Assembly: GCA_050014195.1 (NCBI GenBank)
Contig: JBEKDT010000003.1
Span: 206,204-270,203, forward strand
DNA: 64,000 nt
DNA from: Desulfomonilia bacterium
GTDB lineage: Bacteria > Desulfobacterota > Desulfomonilia > UBA1062
Direction: 5' to 3'
The notes beneath the pieces are model-generated. The model was not told the DNA's origin. It was given only the letters and a program-made list of their open reading frames with translations, and did not search any database. The translations under genes and the position numbers were made by a program. Shown piece after piece: positions 59,492 through 64,000 of this stretch. How positions within the stretch are numbered: position 1 is the stretch's first letter; each line of letters begins with the position of its first letter.

Positions 59492-60652
59492 ATGAACAGC
59501 ATGCTCTATATTGTCTATGGTATCGGGACGGATTCAGTGGGGCTTGTGGGGGCCATCACCTCCCCTATCGCCCAGGTCAAGGGCAACATCGTGGATCTGC
59601 GCCAGGATGTGCTGCATGGGCTCTTCACCATCTACCTTGTGGTGGACCTGTCCAAGGCTACAGTATCCGTCAAGGAATTCAGAGGTCTGGTGGACAAGAT
59701 CGCCTCTGATACCGGCCTGAAGCTCTCCATCGAGAAATACACCCCGGTCCCCCGCGGTCTTGAAAAGAAGAACATGCTGGTGACGCTCGTGGGCAAGGAC
59801 AAGGCGGGCATCATTGCCGCCATTACGGAAAAGCTCGGCACATACAATATCAACATAGAGGTATCCGAGGTGGTGGCGCGCGAGAATATCTTTCTCATGG
59901 ATCTCATGTGCGACGTAAGCCACAGCGCACTCCCCACGGAGAACCTGAAGGCGGCCATCCGCGACACCATGCTCTCCATACAGATCTCCAGCATGTTCCA
60001 GGCCGAGGACGTATTCAACAAAAAGAAGAAGATCATCATGTTCGACATAGCGCACAGCTTCATGGACAGCACCACCATGCGCGAGGTCATGAAGCAGGCC
60101 CTCATCAAGCCTGAGGCGTTGATGCGCTCACGCAGCGACGAGACGGACCTCGCCTATATGCATGCAACCGCCTCGCTGCTTGAAGGGCTGCCCCTGTCGG
60201 TTATCGATACGGTCATGAACGCAACCGATACAAGCCAGGGTACCCAGGAGCTTCTGCAGACGCTCAAGATCATGGGGTACAAGATCGGCCTTATATCAGG
60301 TGGTTTCAGCTTCTTCACCAATGCCCTGAAGAAAAGGCTTGGTATCGACTATGTATACGCCTTCGAGCTCCCTATTGACGATGACTCCCAGGCCGTTATC
60401 GGCGACCTGCCCGCAGGGCTTATGCAGCCCGTCGAGAGGGCCAAGATCATCGCGGGTATCATGAAGGCCGAGCGGATCGACGAGGAAGACATCACGATCA
60501 TTTCCGACAAGGATATCGACTATCCCTCGACACCCGGCATCAGGCTTATCTTCAACATGAAGGTGATGCTCGACCTCGTTAACCAGCATGCCCTGAGCAA
60601 GGACTCGCTCACGGGTCTGCTCCGGGGTTTCGGGATACCCCGGCCCCTCTAG
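59492..60652 (+). CDS. ACT-ACT-HAD SerB-like protein with degenerate catalytic motifs
   Basis: Two ACT domains (GTDSVGLV; GKDKAGII); HAD part FDIAHSF, ISGGFSFF; GAGGAG before ATG 59492. Confidence 0.8.
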   Translation: MNSMLYIVYGIGTDSVGLVGAITSPIAQVKGNIVDLRQDVLHGLFTIYLVVDLSKATVSVKEFRGLVDKIASDTGLKLSIEKYTPVPRGLEKKNMLVTLVGKDKAGIIAAITEKLGTYNINIEVSEVVARENIFLMDLMCDVSHSALPTENLKAAIRDTMLSIQISSMFQAEDVFNKKKKIIMFDIAHSFMDSTTMREVMKQALIKPEALMRSRSDETDLAYMHATASLLEGLPLSVIDTVMNATDTSQGTQELLQTLKIMGYKIGLISGGFSFFTNALKKRLGIDYVYAFELPIDDDSQAVIGDLPAGLMQPVERAKIIAGIMKAERIDEEDITIISDKDIDYPSTPGIRLIFNMKVMLDLVNQHALSKDSLTGLLRGFGIPRPL

Positions 60653-60674
60653 TTCTAAGGATTGAGCACCGGGA

Positions 60675-62300
60675 ATGATGATGAAATCAGATATCGAGAT
60701 CGCCCAGGGCATCGATATTAAGCCCATCTTCGAGATCGCGGCATCTTTGGGCCTGAGCGCGGAAGATATCATCCCCTATGGCAGGAATGTCGCCAAGATT
60801 CCCCTATCCGTCATGGAGCGCCTCTCAGAGGCGAAAGACGGCAAGCTCATCCTGGTGACGGCCATGTCGCCCACCTCTATGGGTGAAGGCAAGACCACGA
60901 CGACCATCGGTCTTGGCCAGGCGTTGAACCAGATCGGGAAACGCGCCGTCATGGCCATACGGGAGCCGTCGCTCGGCCCGTGCATGGGGCTCAAGGGCGG
61001 GGCCGCCGGGGGCGGATATTCCCAGGTGCTGCCCATGGAGGACATCAACCTCCACTTCACCGGCGACCTCCATGCAATCACCGCTTCCCACAACCTGCTG
61101 GCCGCAGTGGTGGACAACCACCTCCATCACCGTCAAACGCCGGAGGTGAACCCCCGCCATGTGGTCTGGAAGCGTGTCATTGACATGAACGACCGGTCGT
61201 TACGCAGCATCATCCTGGGGCTTGAGGACAAGGGCATAAACGGTGTCATGCGGGAAGACGGGTTCGAGATCACCGCAGCCTCCGAGATCATGGCGATCCT
61301 CTGCCTGTCGAGGAATCTCAAAGAGCTTAAAAACAGGATAGGTAACGTGATCATCGGCTATGACTACCTGCGTAAGCCCGTATTCGCACGGGACATAGGC
61401 GGGGCAGGGGCAATGGCCGCCTTGCTCAAGCATGCCATCAACCCCAACCTCGTCCAGTCAGTGGAAGGCATTCCGGTGCTCGTGCACGGAGGCCCCTTTG
61501 CAAACATCGCCCACGGCTGCAACTCGATTCTGGCGACAAAGATGGCCCTCAAGCTCGCGGACTATACCATCACCGAGGCCGGGTTCGGGGCAGACCTCGG
61601 GGCGGAGAAGTTCTTCCACATCAAGTGCCGCATTGCCGGTCTCAAACCTTCGGCCGCTGTCCTTGTGGTGACCCACAGGGCATATGCCCTTCACGGCATC
61701 GACAATATCAGGAAGCACCTGGATACCCTGTCCCGGTTCGGTGTGCCTGCGGTCATCTCCATCAACCGCTTCCTCACCGACAGCGAGGCTGACCTTAAGG
61801 GCCTGTTGGCCCGCTGCAATGACCTTGGGGTGCCGGGCATCATCACCGACTTCAGGGAGTCAGGAGGGGCAGGCGGCCTGGAGCTGGCGGAGAAGGTGGC
61901 GGAAGCATGTGAACACCCGAACAACTTCCGCATGCTCTACGACCTTGCGCAACCCATTGCCGAAAAGGTCCGCACCGTGGCTACAGAAGTCTATGGCGCA
62001 GGCGGGGTTGAATTCTCTGCACAGGCTGCAACCGAGATCAAGAACATCGAGAACATGGGCTACGGCAATCTGCCCGTGTGCATTGCCAAGACGCAAGCCT
62101 CCTTGACCGATAACCCCAAGATCCCGGGCTTTCCCAAACAGCCCTTCACTATCAACGTGTCGTCCGCCCGCGTGTCTGCCGGGGCCGGTTTCGTGGTGAT
62201 CTACACCGGCAAGATCATGGCCATGCCGGGCCTTCCCAAGACCCCGGCGGCCCTGGCCATAGACGTGGACGAGGACGGCACCATCAGCGGGCTGTTCTAG
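60675..62300 (+). CDS. fhs: Formate--tetrahydrofolate ligase
   Basis: GEGKTTT, REPSLGP, NLHFTGD, HGGPFANIAHG, EAGFGADLG, CIAKTQ, MPGLP. Confidence 0.97.
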   Translation: MMMKSDIEIAQGIDIKPIFEIAASLGLSAEDIIPYGRNVAKIPLSVMERLSEAKDGKLILVTAMSPTSMGEGKTTTTIGLGQALNQIGKRAVMAIREPSLGPCMGLKGGAAGGGYSQVLPMEDINLHFTGDLHAITASHNLLAAVVDNHLHHRQTPEVNPRHVVWKRVIDMNDRSLRSIILGLEDKGINGVMREDGFEITAASEIMAILCLSRNLKELKNRIGNVIIGYDYLRKPVFARDIGGAGAMAALLKHAINPNLVQSVEGIPVLVHGGPFANIAHGCNSILATKMALKLADYTITEAGFGADLGAEKFFHIKCRIAGLKPSAAVLVVTHRAYALHGIDNIRKHLDTLSRFGVPAVISINRFLTDSEADLKGLLARCNDLGVPGIITDFRESGGAGGLELAEKVAEACEHPNNFRMLYDLAQPIAEKVRTVATEVYGAGGVEFSAQAATEIKNIENMGYGNLPVCIAKTQASLTDNPKIPGFPKQPFTINVSSARVSAGAGFVVIYTGKIMAMPGLPKTPAALAIDVDEDGTISGLF

Positions 62301-62334
62301 CAGGAAACGGACCTGTAGCCCGGCTTAAAAAAGG

Positions 62335-62412
62335 TGTCACCCCCGCGAAACTCGTCCTCGACCTGATCGGGGAGCGGGGGTCCAGAAATTCTTGAAAGAT
62401 GGAAAGATGACA
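62335..62412. repeat. Degenerate REP-like palindromic element, copy 1
   Basis: TGTCACCCCCGCGAAA[23-nt insert CTCGTCCTCGACCTGATCGGGGA]GCGGGGGTCCAG; partner arm collapsed to ...ATGACA. Confidence 0.75.
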
Positions 62413-62447
62413 CAAGTTAGGTTATAATAGATTTTAACGGAGGAGAG

Positions 62448-62669
62448 ATGGGATCATTTGCAAAGAAGGACATCCTAGCCCTTAGCGTTTCTGAGCGGAT
62501 TCAGCTTGTTCAGGATATTTGGGATAGCATTGCTCAGGTCCCCGAGTCTGTACCTCTTACCGAAGAAGAAAAGGCAGAAATTGATCGCCGACTCGACGCA
62601 TATCATAGCAATCCAAACGCAGGGTCACCATGGTTACTGGTTCAAGAGCGGATTAAGAAGCGTGCATGA
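62448..62669 (+). CDS. Putative addiction-module antitoxin (TIGR02574-like)
   Basis: LSVSERIQLVQDIWDSI...AEIDRRL...SPW..V; GGAGGAG RBS; ATGA overlap with a toxin-like ORF. Confidence 0.85.
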   Translation: MGSFAKKDILALSVSERIQLVQDIWDSIAQVPESVPLTEEEKAEIDRRLDAYHSNPNAGSPWLLVQERIKKRA

Positions 62670-62800
62670 ATCTTGAGCTGATCATCCGTCCGGAGGCTGA
62701 AGTAGATATTGCAGAAGCCTTTGATTGGTATGAAGATCGTGTGCCTGGTCTTGGTAAAAAGGTGTCACCCCCGCGAAAGCGGGGGTCCAGAAGCTCTTGA
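62666..62800 (+). pseudogene. Truncated RelE/ParE-family toxin
   Basis: MNLELIIRPEAEVDIAEAFDWYEDRVPGLG (30 aa ParE-type N-terminus), then reads into REP sequence and stops at 62798-62800. Confidence 0.8.
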
Positions 62801-62833
62801 ATAGACTGGATTCCCGCTTCCGCGGGAATGACA
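62763..62833. repeat. REP doublet (REPIN/RPE/dRS3-like), copy 2
   Basis: TGTCACCCCCGCGAAAGCGGGGGTCCAG ... CTGGATTCCCGCTTCCGCGGGAATGACA inverted pair; second arm is ATTCCC-N8-GGGAAT. Confidence 0.85.
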
Positions 62834-62979
62834 ATCTTGGACTTTTGCAATTGGCACAACTATCAATTATAATGCCTTGCATTGATATTCTGATATTGTA
62901 CACTTTTACTTCGGTTAATGAGATAACCATTGCAAAAGTGCAATATAGTTATATTTATGTGTCAAACGAGGAACCCCCT

Positions 62980-63855
62980 ATGACTGAAATAGAAGGCCAG
63001 AAAGCTGAGTCATGGACACACTTAATGGAGCTTCTCTACGCCGACTCTTGGGTACCTGGATTGAACCGGTATCGCTCGCCATTCGCGTTTAGGGGCGTAG
63101 CCGATGCTTCTTGGTCACTCGAAACTTCATTGATCCGCCTTGGAGGTCCGATAGACCTACTCGAAAGACACCTCCTGCGCAACTTTCGGAAGTATGCTTA
63201 TTCTCATGTGAAAGAGCGTGATTCACTTTGGTTCTGGCTCACATTTGCCCAGCATCACGGACTCCCAACGAGGCTTCTAGACTGGACATACTCCCCTTAT
63301 GTTGCCCTCCATTTTGCCACTGACAACCTTCGGCACTATGACCGTGACGGAGTAGTGTGGATGACAGACTTTGTCGAATTGCATAAGTTTCTTCCAAGTA
63401 TTCTTTCAGGGGCACTTGATCTTGAGGGGTCTAATGTTTTCACTACTGAAATGCTCACGCGTTTTGAAAAACCTGAGATAGAGATGTCGCTTAGCGTGCT
63501 TGTGGCAAGCGTAAAGAAAAAGTTTGGAGGCACTAAAACAATAAGGACCCTCCAAGATTTTGATAGACTGCACGAGAATGATTTTCTCTTGTTCTTCGAG
63601 CCCCCTTCAATTGACGATAGAGTAGTGAATCAATTCGCGCTATTCTCCGTTCTATCGAATCCTAAGCTGATAGTTGACCAATGGCTCGCTTCCCACAAAG
63701 AACACGTCCGGAGGATTATTATTCCTAAAGAACTTAAACCTGAAGTGCGTGATAAACTCGATCAAGCCAACATTACAGAGAGGGTTTTGTTTCCCGGCCT
63801 TGATGGACTTAGCAGATGGTTGAGAAGACACTACAGTACCTATCCAAACGCCTAA
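62980..63855 (+). CDS. FRG-domain protein
   Basis: FAFRG, AQHHGLPTRLLDWT.SP.VALHFA, ITERVLFPGLDG; visibly more AT-rich than flanking genes. Confidence 0.9.
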   Translation: MTEIEGQKAESWTHLMELLYADSWVPGLNRYRSPFAFRGVADASWSLETSLIRLGGPIDLLERHLLRNFRKYAYSHVKERDSLWFWLTFAQHHGLPTRLLDWTYSPYVALHFATDNLRHYDRDGVVWMTDFVELHKFLPSILSGALDLEGSNVFTTEMLTRFEKPEIEMSLSVLVASVKKKFGGTKTIRTLQDFDRLHENDFLLFFEPPSIDDRVVNQFALFSVLSNPKLIVDQWLASHKEHVRRIIIPKELKPEVRDKLDQANITERVLFPGLDGLSRWLRRHYSTYPNA

Positions 63856-63876
63856 CCACGCGCTTCAGGCGGGCGG
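63850..63876 (+). other. Possible 5' half of an integron attC site
   Basis: GCCTAAC (RYYYAAC) contains the FRG stop codon, followed by CACGCGCTTCAGGCGG; cut off by the IS. Confidence 0.45.
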
Positions 63877-64000
63877 GGGACTTCCCCAGAAAAAGTGGAC
63901 ACTAAGACCTAACTAAGGAGGAGGTGTCCAAGTGGGAAAGATGAAGGGTCCGAGGAAGGCACATCGGTATTCAGACGAGTTTAAGGTGAAAGCGGTATGT
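63877..64000 (+). mobile_element. Left end of an IS3-family insertion sequence with start of OrfA
   Basis: GGGACTTCCCCAGAAAAAGTGGACAC IS3-like IRL (GG rather than TG); TGGACAC/GTGTCCA hairpin over AGGAGG; GTG 63932 reads MGKMKGPRKAHRYSDEFKVKAV. Confidence 0.75.

Noticed and set aside
62797-62979. N-terminal extension of the FRG ORF (LDSRFRGND) and opposite-strand ORFs 62653-62930
   Set aside because: These are translations of the REP palindrome; the likely start is ATG 62980 after GAGG.
1-64000. CRISPR arrays, rRNA/tRNA genes, selenocysteine read-through
   Set aside because: No regularly spaced repeats, RNA gene signatures or in-frame TGA with continued homology were seen by manual reading.

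Overview
A gene-dense bacterial chromosomal window. Gene content (rho-rpmE-prfA-prmC-murA-hisD, yggT-divIVA-DUF167, PurS-fused PurL, PerR-rubrerythrin, Fhs, many acyl-CoA enzymes) suggests an anaerobic Desulfobacterota/deltaproteobacterial fatty-acid degrader; this is inference, as no marker gene was tested. About 55 CDSs were identified by motif reading only, and no rRNA, tRNA or CRISPR array was seen. The best candidate for an undescribed system is a ~13-kb acyl-CoA island (45.7-59.0 kb). It pairs an ACAD10/11- or Lva-type kinase plus Asp-type acyl-CoA dehydrogenase with a divergent [4Fe-4S]/FAD 4-hydroxybutyryl-CoA dehydratase homologue, and also carries ETF, an SDR, a 3-hydroxyacyl-CoA dehydrogenase and a single-chain biotin carboxylase. 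Other notable items: a probably inactive ACT-ACT-SerB protein directly before fhs; an unannotated 23-codon leader ORF coupled to a macrolide-type glycosyltransferase; an SMC with altered signature and hinge motifs; and a mobile-DNA hotspot at the right end (REP-bracketed toxin-antitoxin pair with a truncated toxin, an FRG gene ending in an attC-like site, and an IS3-family left end).
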